Part shown: piece by piece, positions 10,001 through 17,594 of the stretch
Layout: every line of letters starts with the position of its first letter
How positions within the stretch are numbered: position 1 is the stretch's first letter
Notes under the pieces: model-generated
Told to the model about the DNA's origin: nothing
What the model saw: the letters and a program-made list of their open reading frames with translations, nothing else
The model's database searches: none
NCBI GenBank assembly: GCA_045863315.1
Contig: BTUX01000003.1
Coordinates: 1 to 49,473 of the forward strand
Length of the DNA: 49,473 nt
Reading direction: 5' to 3'
Origin: Candidatus Hydrogenedentota bacterium
GTDB taxonomy: Bacteria > Hydrogenedentota > Hydrogenedentia > Hydrogenedentales > SLHB01
Made by a program: the position numbers and the translations under genes

Positions 10001-10718
10001 CTCATTCGACGACATCTGCGCCGAACCGCGCCGCTTTCTGACTACGCCGTACTGGACGGGCAACACGAACGGGGGCCGAACCTACTCGGCATTCTGTCAG
10101 AACGTGGAAGGAATGGTGCCGTGGCGGACCTTGACGGGCCGGCAGCACTTCTACCTTGACCACGAGGCGTACCGGGCCTTCGGCGAGCACCTGCCGACCT
10201 TCAAACCCCGCGCCGACCGGCATACGACCCGCGACCTCGAAAAGACGGCCGCGGACCATGGAACTCTGGTCTTGAATTACCTGACCCCGCACGGCAAGTG
10301 GCATATCCACTCGACCTACGGCGACACCCTGCGCATGGAAACCTTGTCGCGCGGGATCGAACCCATTTGGATGAACGACCGCGACGCGGGCCTTCTCGGC
10401 GTGGCCGACAACGATTGGGTGGAGGTGATCAACGATCACGGCGTGGTGGTGACGCGGGCCTGTGTCAGCGCGCGCATCCCCCGCGGCATCTGTTTCATTT
10501 ATCACGCTACCGAACGCACCGTGGGCACGCCCAAATCGCCGGGCCGCGGCAACCGTCGCGCCGGCGCCCATAACAGCCTGACTCGCGCCCGGCTGAAACC
10601 GCTGTTCATGATCGGCGGATACGCGCAGTTCACGTACGCCTTCAATTATTGGGGCCCCACAGGTGTGAATCGGGACACTTTCGTGGTCGTTCGCAAACTG
10701 AACAAGGTGACGTTCTGA
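7086..10718 (+). CDS. narG: Respiratory nitrate reductase (Nar/Nxr type) molybdo-bis-MGD alpha subunit, cytoplasm-facing
   Basis: [15 protein letters not shown]0 motif, [39 protein letters not shown]; 1210 aa; no Tat signal. Confidence 0.97.
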   Translation: MGWIKDIFAPKQRSWEEFYRNRWSHDKVVRSTHGVNCTGGCSWNIYVKQGIVTWEMQALDYPRFDLDIPPYEPRGCQRGISYSWYIYSPLRVKYPYVRGKLLDLWHAAKEQHPNDPVAAWRSIVSDPQLRRSYQQARGKGGLRRVSWDEVNELIAAANIHTILAHGSDRIVGFSPIPAMSMISYAAGARFMQLIGGVSMSFYDWYCDLPPASPEIWGEQTDVAESADWFHSKFIATVGSNVLMTRTPDAHFLVEARHRGAKVVVFSPDFSQTSKVADEWIPIHQGQDGAFWMAVNHVLLKEFYVDRKVDYFVDYLKRFTDSPFLVRLEDQGNGAYRPGSFLRASHIAKTSAEDLAEWKMFVLNEDTHELQMPKGTVGHRWQKQKGEWNLQLEDTLTGAPINPALSLKDCAEDSLPVEFRDFSHSTNDKACLRKVPARKVETANGPVWVATTFDLLMAQHGVNNGQQGDYPTGYEDDASPYTPAWQEQFTGIKASVVINFARQWGKTAERTEGKCSIIIGAGANHWYHNNLIYRACITSLMLCGCVGRNGGGWNHYVGQEKLAPQASWAPVAFGTDWAGPPRMQNSPSFHYIHSDQWRYDQPFNEICAVGDESHRMASGHTADKQALAVRCGWLPFFPQFTKSNFEVVREAESAGAKTADEIIQHVVQRLKDRTLKFAAEDPDAPECWPRVWYIWRGNAIQASAKGHEYFLKHYLGTHHNSIADEVAGEFVEDVTWHDKVELGKMDLVVDLNFRMDTSALYSDIVLPAATYYEKDDLNSTDMHSFIHPLQAAVPPCWESKSDWWIFRDIARKTSELALRYLPKPLKDLVATPLLHDTPAEVAQPSIKDWAKGECDPIPGKTMPNLTVVERDYTKVYQKFISLGPNFRNKGIGLHGTLYDVSDLYDEYMETHPVERWNGAQYPSLRDEKSVCNVILHFAAETNGECAWRAYKSEAEKTGLDHSHLAADTRAVRISFDDICAEPRRFLTTPYWTGNTNGGRTYSAFCQNVEGMVPWRTLTGRQHFYLDHEAYRAFGEHLPTFKPRADRHTTRDLEKTAADHGTLVLNYLTPHGKWHIHSTYGDTLRMETLSRGIEPIWMNDRDAGLLGVADNDWVEVINDHGVVVTRACVSARIPRGICFIYHATERTVGTPKSPGRGNRRAGAHNSLTRARLKPLFMIGGYAQFTYAFNYWGPTGVNRDTFVVVRKLNKVTF

Positions 10719-10902
10719 ATGCGGTACAAGTCGCAGACCAACGCCGGGCACCCCGAGAAACCCGGAACCCGGGTACGGAGCGGGACGGAAAGCATGCATA
10801 CGAGACACCCGAAACCCATCGCGCGTGCCGTCCCCGCAGGCCACCGCGAGCACTGACAGGCCGACACCGCAATCGGATAACGGAACGAAGGAGACCACCC
10901 CA

Positions 10903-12408
10903 ATGGATGTACGCGCCCACGTATCGATGGTGTTCCACCTCGATAAATGCATCGGGTGCCACACGTGCAGCGTGGCGTGCAAAAACGTGTGGACGGACCG
11001 GCCCGGCGCCGAATACATGTGGTGGAACAATGTCGAAACCAAACCCGGCACCGGCTATCCCACATTGTGGGAGGACCAGCTCAACTACAAGGGCGGCTGG
11101 GAAGTGACGGCAGGGCGCGAACTGCGGCTGCGTTGTCAGACCAAGGCGAGCAGTTTTCTCAAGCTGTTCTACAACCCCAACCAACCCGGTCTGGACGACT
11201 ACTACGAGCCCTGGACGTATCGCTACCAGGAGCTGTTCGACGCCGAGGCGGGAGATGATCAACCCACGGCCATTCCCGTCTCGCAGATCACCGGCGAGCC
11301 GATCGACATCGAAGCCGGTCCCAACTGGGACGACGATCTGAGCGGGTCCCCGATTTATGCGGAAAACGATCCCAATCTGAAGCGCCTCACCGACGATGAG
11401 CGGCGCATGCTGTTCGAAATCGAGAACGTCGCGATGATGTACCTGCCGCGCATTTGCAACCACTGCGCCAATCCGAGTTGCGTCGCGTCGTGCCCGTCCG
11501 GCGCGCTGTACAAGCGCGGAGAGGACGGCATTGTGCTCGTCAATCAAGACGTATGCCGCGGATGGCGCGCCTGCGTGGCGGCTTGCCCGTACAAAAAGAT
11601 GTACTACAACTGGCAGACCGGCAAGTCCGAGAAGTGCATCCTGTGCTATCCGCGGGTGGAAACAGGGCAGGCCCCGGCGTGCTTCCACTCGTGCGTCGGA
11701 CGCATCCGCTACATGGGGGTGCTGCTCTACGACGCGGGACGCATGGAAGACGCGATGAAGGCGCCCGACGAGTCGCTGGTGGAAGCGCAACGCGGCGTAT
11801 TGCTCGATCCGAACGATCCCGAAGTTGTCCGCGAGGCGATCCGGAGCGGCGTCAGCGAGAAGTTCATCGAGTCGGCGCAGCGTTCGCCAGTGTACAAGTA
11901 CGTAAAAGAATGGCAGCTCGCGCTCCCGCTCCACGCGGAATTCCGCACCATGCCCATGCTCTATTATGTTCCCCCGCTACTGCCGGTTTCCGGGCGGATG
12001 GGCGACGGAATCTACGAGCACGACGCCGAGGAATTCTTCTCGCATCTCGACAAAGCACGAATCCCGATCCGATACCTGGCCGCGCTGTTCGGCGCGGGCA
12101 ACGAGGACGTCGTCCGCGCGGTGCTGAAGAAACAGATGGCGGTCCGCTACTACAAACGCGCGCAGGAGGTCGATGACGTGGAGCCGGACCGAGTAAAGCG
12201 GGTGCTGCGCGAAGCGCACCTCACGGCGGAAGACGCCGAGGCCATCTACGCGCTGACCTCCCTGTGCGGGCCGGACGATCGGTATGTGCTGCCTCCAATC
12301 CAACGCGAGGAAGCCATCGACGGGCGCGACACGCAGGGCTGCTCGCCGGAACTGTGCAAGGGCCAGTGCGGGCTGGGTCAGGTGCAGATGCCGCGTCGGG
12401 GGGCCTGA
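10903..12408 (+). CDS. narH: Nitrate reductase beta (Fe-S) subunit
   Basis: DKCIGCHTCSVACKNVW, CNHCANPSCVASCP, CRGWRACVAACPY, KCILCYPR; GAAGGAG RBS. Confidence 0.96.
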   Translation: MDVRAHVSMVFHLDKCIGCHTCSVACKNVWTDRPGAEYMWWNNVETKPGTGYPTLWEDQLNYKGGWEVTAGRELRLRCQTKASSFLKLFYNPNQPGLDDYYEPWTYRYQELFDAEAGDDQPTAIPVSQITGEPIDIEAGPNWDDDLSGSPIYAENDPNLKRLTDDERRMLFEIENVAMMYLPRICNHCANPSCVASCPSGALYKRGEDGIVLVNQDVCRGWRACVAACPYKKMYYNWQTGKSEKCILCYPRVETGQAPACFHSCVGRIRYMGVLLYDAGRMEDAMKAPDESLVEAQRGVLLDPNDPEVVREAIRSGVSEKFIESAQRSPVYKYVKEWQLALPLHAEFRTMPMLYYVPPLLPVSGRMGDGIYEHDAEEFFSHLDKARIPIRYLAALFGAGNEDVVRAVLKKQMAVRYYKRAQEVDDVEPDRVKRVLREAHLTAEDAEAIYALTSLCGPDDRYVLPPIQREEAIDGRDTQGCSPELCKGQCGLGQVQMPRRGA

Positions 12409-12410
12409 TC

Positions 12411-12947
12411 ATGCCGGTACTCGCGACAAATCGGACGTTCCTGGCGGGACTCGGCAAACTGCTCGAATACCCCGGGCAGGATTTCCATGCACACTTTGAT
12501 CGCGTCCTCGCACAGTCCGACGAAATGGGGCCCGAAATCGGCGCCGCGCTGTATTCGTTCGCCCAGGAAGCATCGCAATTCTCGGTCGAACACGCGCAGG
12601 AAATGTACACGCGCGCATTCGACGTGAACCCCCTCTGCGTGCCGTATCTCAGCGTCCATTTGTTCGGACAGGAAAGCTTCAAGCGCGCGGAACTCATGAC
12701 GGGGCTAAAGGCGAAGTACGAAGCTCGCGGCTTCGATTACGGCGCGGAACTCCCGGATCATCTCTCGGTCGTGTTGCAGGCCGTCTCCTGTTTTTCCGAT
12801 GACGAGTGGGACGAACTGCGTACCTATTGTATCGAGAAACCGTTGGCCGCCATGGCGGCGGCCCTGGATCGCGCCGCCAGTCCCTGGCGTCACGTGGTGC
12901 GCGCCGTCCAGCGCGCGTTGTCGATTGGGGAAGAGGACCATGCTTAG
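12411..12947 (+). CDS. narJ: Nitrate reductase molybdenum cofactor assembly chaperone
   Basis: LLEYP, QEMYTRAFD, PYLSVHLFG, ELPDHLSVVL; lies between narH and narI. Confidence 0.9.
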   Translation: MPVLATNRTFLAGLGKLLEYPGQDFHAHFDRVLAQSDEMGPEIGAALYSFAQEASQFSVEHAQEMYTRAFDVNPLCVPYLSVHLFGQESFKRAELMTGLKAKYEARGFDYGAELPDHLSVVLQAVSCFSDDEWDELRTYCIEKPLAAMAAALDRAASPWRHVVRAVQRALSIGEEDHA

Positions 12948-14259
12948 CTCATTCGCATTCATCGGACTACCGTACATCGCCCTATTCGTGCTTGTCGCAG
13001 GGTCGATTTACCGCTTTCGCTCCACCCCGTTCAGCTATACCGCGCTGTCGTCCCAGTTCCTCGAGAGCAAGAAACTGCTTTGGGGGTCGGCGCCGTGGCA
13101 CATTGGGATTCTCATCGTCTTTCTCGGCCACCTCGTACCCTTCCTCGTCCCGGGCCTGTGGCAGGGCCTCACGTCGCATATCGGGTTCCTGTTCGCCGTA
13201 GAGGTCGTGGGGATGATTGCCGCGTTCCTGTGTCTGGCGGGTCTGACCGTCCTGATTCTCCGGCGCCTGACTTCGCCGCGCGTACAGGCCGTCACGACCC
13301 CGATGGACCTCGTCATCCTTGTCCTGCTCCTGGGACAGGTGTTGCTCGGCATCGCAACCGCCTCGAATTACCGCTGGGGCGCCGCCTGGTCCGCGCACAC
13401 GACGACGCCGTACTTGTGGAGCCTGTTGACGCTTCAACCCGACATGCGGTATGTCGAGATGCTTCCGCCGACCGTCAAACTTCACATCTTCGGCGCCTGG
13501 CTGATTTTCTTGTGCCTGCCGTTTACGCGGCTCGTGCATGTGTTCTCTTTGCCGTTCCAATATCTCTGGCGGAGGCCGCAGGTGGTGGTGTGGACCAACG
13601 CCCGGCGCATCGCGAGCATCGCCCCTATTGCCCGCACCGCGGAACAAAGCCGCCGGCTCTTTCTCAAAGGCATGGTCGGGGTCAGTTCCGCCGCCGGTCT
13701 GCTCACGGTCGGTGTATTGGACAAACTGGCCCGCTTTTTCAGCGGCCCGGACATGACGCCGGAAGAACAGGCCGCGCTGCTCAAGAAGCGATTGCAGCGC
13801 CTCGAAATGACCGCCGAGGAACGGGAGTTGGAACTCGAACGACTCCGCAGCGACTACATTTTCGTCGCGCAGTTGAGCGAATTATCGCCGAAAGACGGCA
13901 AATATTTTATCGACTACGAGATGCGGCCGGCGCTCGCGTTTCGTGACGAATCGGGCCTGCCGATTCTGATCTCCGCGAAGTGCACGCATCTGGGCTGCAC
14001 GGTCGCCAGCACGATTGACAGCAACGGTCGCATACTCTGCCCCTGCCACATGTCGTATTTCGATGTGAAGACCGGCCGGCCGCAGCCGGGGGCGCCCGCG
14101 ACGGTGCCCCTCCCGATGTTGGGATGGGTGCTCAAAGACCCGCAAGGCAAAGTGTTAATCAGTCAGAGCCCGAGCGGCGCGCTCGAAGGCGAGGCCACCC
14201 CCGAGCAATTGGAGACGTCCGCGGTGTTCATCGCAAAACGCTACGAGGAGATTGCGTAA
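12940..14259 (+). CDS. narI: NarI (diheme cytochrome b) fused to an internal Tat motif, TM anchor and Rieske [2Fe-2S] domain
   Basis: NarI part: SSQFLE, WHIGILIVFLGH, KLH...PFTRLVH (four heme His). Then SRRLFLKG, a hydrophobic helix, and CTHLGC / CPCH Rieske boxes, all in one 439-aa frame. Confidence 0.9.
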   Translation: MLSSFAFIGLPYIALFVLVAGSIYRFRSTPFSYTALSSQFLESKKLLWGSAPWHIGILIVFLGHLVPFLVPGLWQGLTSHIGFLFAVEVVGMIAAFLCLAGLTVLILRRLTSPRVQAVTTPMDLVILVLLLGQVLLGIATASNYRWGAAWSAHTTTPYLWSLLTLQPDMRYVEMLPPTVKLHIFGAWLIFLCLPFTRLVHVFSLPFQYLWRRPQVVVWTNARRIASIAPIARTAEQSRRLFLKGMVGVSSAAGLLTVGVLDKLARFFSGPDMTPEEQAALLKKRLQRLEMTAEERELELERLRSDYIFVAQLSELSPKDGKYFIDYEMRPALAFRDESGLPILISAKCTHLGCTVASTIDSNGRILCPCHMSYFDVKTGRPQPGAPATVPLPMLGWVLKDPQGKVLISQSPSGALEGEATPEQLETSAVFIAKRYEEIA

Positions 14260-15362
14260 TGAGTTCCGATCGGCTCAACGCCCTCGCCCACTTTTTCCGC
14301 GAGCGGTTTCCGGTCGAGCACCTGAGCTATGAATCGATGGTGCAGAAAAAAGAGGTGCCGGTCCATCGCATGAGTTGGGCCTACTACTTCGGCGGCCTTA
14401 CCCTGTTCTTCTTTCTCATTCAGCTGGCCACGGGGGTCATGCTCCTGTTTTATTACCAGCCGACCGTTAGCGATGCGCACGCCTCCGTGGAGTTCATCGC
14501 CAAGCACGTGAGCGGCGGCGCGCTCGTCCGCAACCTGCACACGTGGGCCGCGTCCGGCATGATCTTCTGCCTGCTGGTCCACCTGATCACGACGTTTGCC
14601 ATGAAGGCCTTCGCCAAACCCCGCGAGGTCACGTGGATTACCGGCGTCGTGCTGCTGCTGCTGACCTTCGGGTTCGGGTTCACCGGCTATCTCCTCCCGT
14701 GGCACCAGATCGCCGTCAACGCCACCAAGGTCGGCCTCCAATCCATCGAAGAGGCGGGCCAATATCTGCCCGGCGCCCTGTCCCAAATCCCTAGAGACGT
14801 CAAAGAACTCATTCAGGGCGAAGCTTCCGTCGGCCAAGCCACCTTGAGCCGCTTTTTCGCGCTGCACGTGGTCATTCTTCCGCTGCTGGTTTTTGCGACC
14901 CTCGGCCTTCACGTGTTTCTCGTTCAACTCCACGGCATGAGCCAAGGGGTCGATACGCCGGCAACGAAGACCGAGCGCTTCTTCCCCTTCTTCGTTCTCA
15001 AGGATTTCTATCTGTGGGGTCTCGTCTTCCTCGTGCTGTTCGCCGTGTCGTTATGCCTGCCGTTCGAGTCGATGTTCTCCTACCCCTTGTTCGAGCCCTT
15101 CGACCCCTTGGGCTCAACGCCGGACGGCATTAAACCGGAATGGTACTTCTACTTCGTGTACTACCCGCTCGAACTGCTGCCGTTTTGGTTCGTCATGCTC
15201 GCATCGATGGCCACGATCGCCGTCCTGATCGCAGCGCCCTGGATTTTCGCCCAGACCAGCCGGCGGACCCTCGGAATGATGGCGGCCGGGGCCGCGATCT
15301 ACCTCGTTGTGATGACGCTGTTCGGCGACGCGATCTATACGTTTTTTAGAGGAGCACCATGA
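14259..15362 (+). CDS. Cytochrome b of a Rieske/cytochrome b (bc-type) complex, unsplit
   Basis: YFGGLTL...ATGVMLLFYYQP, RNLHTWAAS...LVH, GFTGYLLPW, RFFALH...LGLH, Qo motif IKPEWY; coupled to the NarI-Rieske stop (TAATG). Confidence 0.92.
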   Translation: MSSDRLNALAHFFRERFPVEHLSYESMVQKKEVPVHRMSWAYYFGGLTLFFFLIQLATGVMLLFYYQPTVSDAHASVEFIAKHVSGGALVRNLHTWAASGMIFCLLVHLITTFAMKAFAKPREVTWITGVVLLLLTFGFGFTGYLLPWHQIAVNATKVGLQSIEEAGQYLPGALSQIPRDVKELIQGEASVGQATLSRFFALHVVILPLLVFATLGLHVFLVQLHGMSQGVDTPATKTERFFPFFVLKDFYLWGLVFLVLFAVSLCLPFESMFSYPLFEPFDPLGSTPDGIKPEWYFYFVYYPLELLPFWFVMLASMATIAVLIAAPWIFAQTSRRTLGMMAAGAAIYLVVMTLFGDAIYTFFRGAP

Positions 15363-16003
15363 TGAAGGCCAATCACCTCGGCGGATCTATCTCGATTTGC
15401 GTTATCGCGCTGGCGAGCGCGCAGGTCGCGTTGGCATACCCCGAGTTTCAACAGTTCATCCAGCGCAACTCGGGCCGGAACGTCAATTGCGCGATGTGCC
15501 ACGTCAATTCGGATGGCCCCGAAGGGCTGAAACCCGGGCAAATCGGCAGTCTCACGCCGGAGGAAATGGATCGGTTGAACAAGGCGCGTGCGGCCTTCGA
15601 GCCCGGGCAGCGCGTCGACAGTCCGATCCTCAACACGTTTGGCAATCACATCATGGAAACCGTGGGGAAAAACCGTTTCCTGCAACTCCGGCTTGATCCC
15701 GCCGGTCTTGCGGAGGCGCTCGGCCGCGAAAGCGATCTCGACGATGACGGCATCTGCGACGCGGACGAGTATCTCGAGGGCACGCACCCGCTGGACGCGC
15801 ACCACGGCAGCCCGTGGCGGCTTTTCAAGACGAACGCCCGCCGGTACGCCTTCCACATCGCGATGATGGTCTTGGCTACCGCCGCGGGTGTGTACGGACT
15901 GAACAACCTGCTGCGCGCCTTCGACGCCGCGGCCCATGCACGGGCGGGAGGCCAGACCGCCGGGCGGGAGTGGTCCGGCGCGCGCGAGAACCGGAGAGGA
16001 TGA
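15359..16003 (+). CDS. Membrane-anchored monoheme cytochrome c (candidate c1/f functional analogue)
   Basis: Signal peptide ending ALA, CAMCH, acidic DLDDDGICDADEY repeat, C-terminal TM helix; ATGA overlap with cytochrome b. Confidence 0.7.
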   Translation: MMKANHLGGSISICVIALASAQVALAYPEFQQFIQRNSGRNVNCAMCHVNSDGPEGLKPGQIGSLTPEEMDRLNKARAAFEPGQRVDSPILNTFGNHIMETVGKNRFLQLRLDPAGLAEALGRESDLDDDGICDADEYLEGTHPLDAHHGSPWRLFKTNARRYAFHIAMMVLATAAGVYGLNNLLRAFDAAAHARAGGQTAGREWSGARENRRG

Positions 16004-16072
16004 TCACGTTTATCGTGCGCGCAGCCGCGCGTTGACGTACTTGCCGTTTGACGTCGCTCGGGGGAAGGGAAT

Positions 16073-17578
16073 ATGAAAGACCGTGGAAAAGCGTTGACCG
16101 TGCTCGTGTTGAATACCGTCGCGTTCACCGTGTGCTTTGCATGTTGGATGCTGAACGGCGTCCTGGTCACGTTTCTCAGTGAAAACCACGTTTTCGAGTG
16201 GAGCGAATCCCAGATCGGCTGGCTCATGGGCATTCCCGTGCTTAGCGGATCCCTTATACGGCTGCCCGTCGGCATTCTGACGGACAAATACGGCGGGAAA
16301 TGGGTGTACGCCGGAGTCATGCTCTTTTCGGCGATTCCGATGTACCTGCTGAGTTACGCAAGCACCTACGCGCATTTCTTCTGGGCGAGCCTTGGCTTCG
16401 GCCTCGCCGGCACTTCATTCGCCGTCGGCATCGCGTACACCTCGGTATGGTTCCGGCGCGAACATCAGGGCACGGCGCTTGGCATCTTCGGCGCGGGAAA
16501 CGCGGGCGCCGCGCTGACCAGCATGGGCGCGCCGGTCCTGCTAGGCTGGCTCACCGACCACGGTGAAAACGTGGAGGCATGGCGCCAGATGCCCCGCATT
16601 TACGCATTAGGATTGCTGCTCATGGCCGTCCTGTTCCTCCTGTTTGCGGCGCCCAAAAAGGTGGATGACTCGCACATCACCAGCTTTATGCAGCGCCTCG
16701 CGCCGTTGCGCCATGCGCGGGTCTGGCGGTTCGGGCTGTATTACTTCCTCGTATTCGGCGGCTTCGTCGCGCTTGCCCAATGGCTGATCCCCTACTACGT
16801 CAGCGTCTACATGATGCCGCTGGCCATGGCGGGCCTATTGGCCTCGATTTTCAGCCTGCCTTCCGGCGTCATTCGCGCGTTGGGCGGATACCTCTCCGAC
16901 GTCTACGGCGCTCGGCGCGTCATGTATTGGGTCCTGGGCAGTTGCGCGGTTTGCTGCGCACTGCTGGTTGTTCCGCGTATGGACATCCACTCGCCGGGCA
17001 AGGGCATCATCGCCAAGCGTAGCGGCACCGTCACCCACGTGAGCGAAGCCGAGATAGTGGTAGACGGCATTCGCTATCCGGTGCGGGCCAAGACGCGCGA
17101 AATCGAACGGGACGCGAACATGCTCATTTTGCCGACGCTCAGCACGTGGCAGGAGCCCGTGGTCAAGGTGGGCGAGGTCGTGAAAAAGAAGCAATTGCTC
17201 GCCGCGGGAATGACTCACATTTATTTCCAGGCCAACGTGTGGGTGTTCACCGGACTGGTATTCATTGTGGGTGTCATGATGGGAATTGGAAAGGCCGCGG
17301 TCTACAAGCACATTCCCGATTACTTTCCGAAAGAAGTCGGCGTGGTTGGCGGAATCGTCGGCGTGCTTGGCGGATTGGGGGGGTTCTTCTGCCCCATCAT
17401 TTTCGGTTACATGCTCGAGTGGACGGGCCTGTGGATCACGTGCTGGTTTTTCTTTGCAGCACTGTCCATCGTCTGCCTGTGGTGGATGCACGCCGTGATC
17501 CAGCAGATGCTGAACCAGGAAGCCGCGCTTCATGCCCGAAACATCGAGCATGTGACAGTCACGGCGGAAACCGCATAG
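16073..17578 (+). CDS. narK: NarK1-type nitrate/nitrite MFS transporter with a soluble insert
   Basis: NNP signatures GTALGIFGAGNAG and GIVGVLGGLGGF, RALGGYLSD; ~85-aa hydrophilic insertion in the C-terminal half. Confidence 0.9.
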   Translation: MKDRGKALTVLVLNTVAFTVCFACWMLNGVLVTFLSENHVFEWSESQIGWLMGIPVLSGSLIRLPVGILTDKYGGKWVYAGVMLFSAIPMYLLSYASTYAHFFWASLGFGLAGTSFAVGIAYTSVWFRREHQGTALGIFGAGNAGAALTSMGAPVLLGWLTDHGENVEAWRQMPRIYALGLLLMAVLFLLFAAPKKVDDSHITSFMQRLAPLRHARVWRFGLYYFLVFGGFVALAQWLIPYYVSVYMMPLAMAGLLASIFSLPSGVIRALGGYLSDVYGARRVMYWVLGSCAVCCALLVVPRMDIHSPGKGIIAKRSGTVTHVSEAEIVVDGIRYPVRAKTREIERDANMLILPTLSTWQEPVVKVGEVVKKKQLLAAGMTHIYFQANVWVFTGLVFIVGVMMGIGKAAVYKHIPDYFPKEVGVVGGIVGVLGGLGGFFCPIIFGYMLEWTGLWITCWFFFAALSIVCLWWMHAVIQQMLNQEAALHARNIEHVTVTAETA

Positions 17579-17594
17579 AAGGGGGGATTGCGCA

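Noticed and set aside
7086-16003. Arsenite oxidase, arsenate reductase or perchlorate reductase reading, given the Rieske domain and nearby ars genes
   Set aside because: The catalytic subunit has NarG motifs and no Tat signal, sits with narH/J/I/K, and the Rieske is paired with a PEWY cytochrome b rather than AioA.
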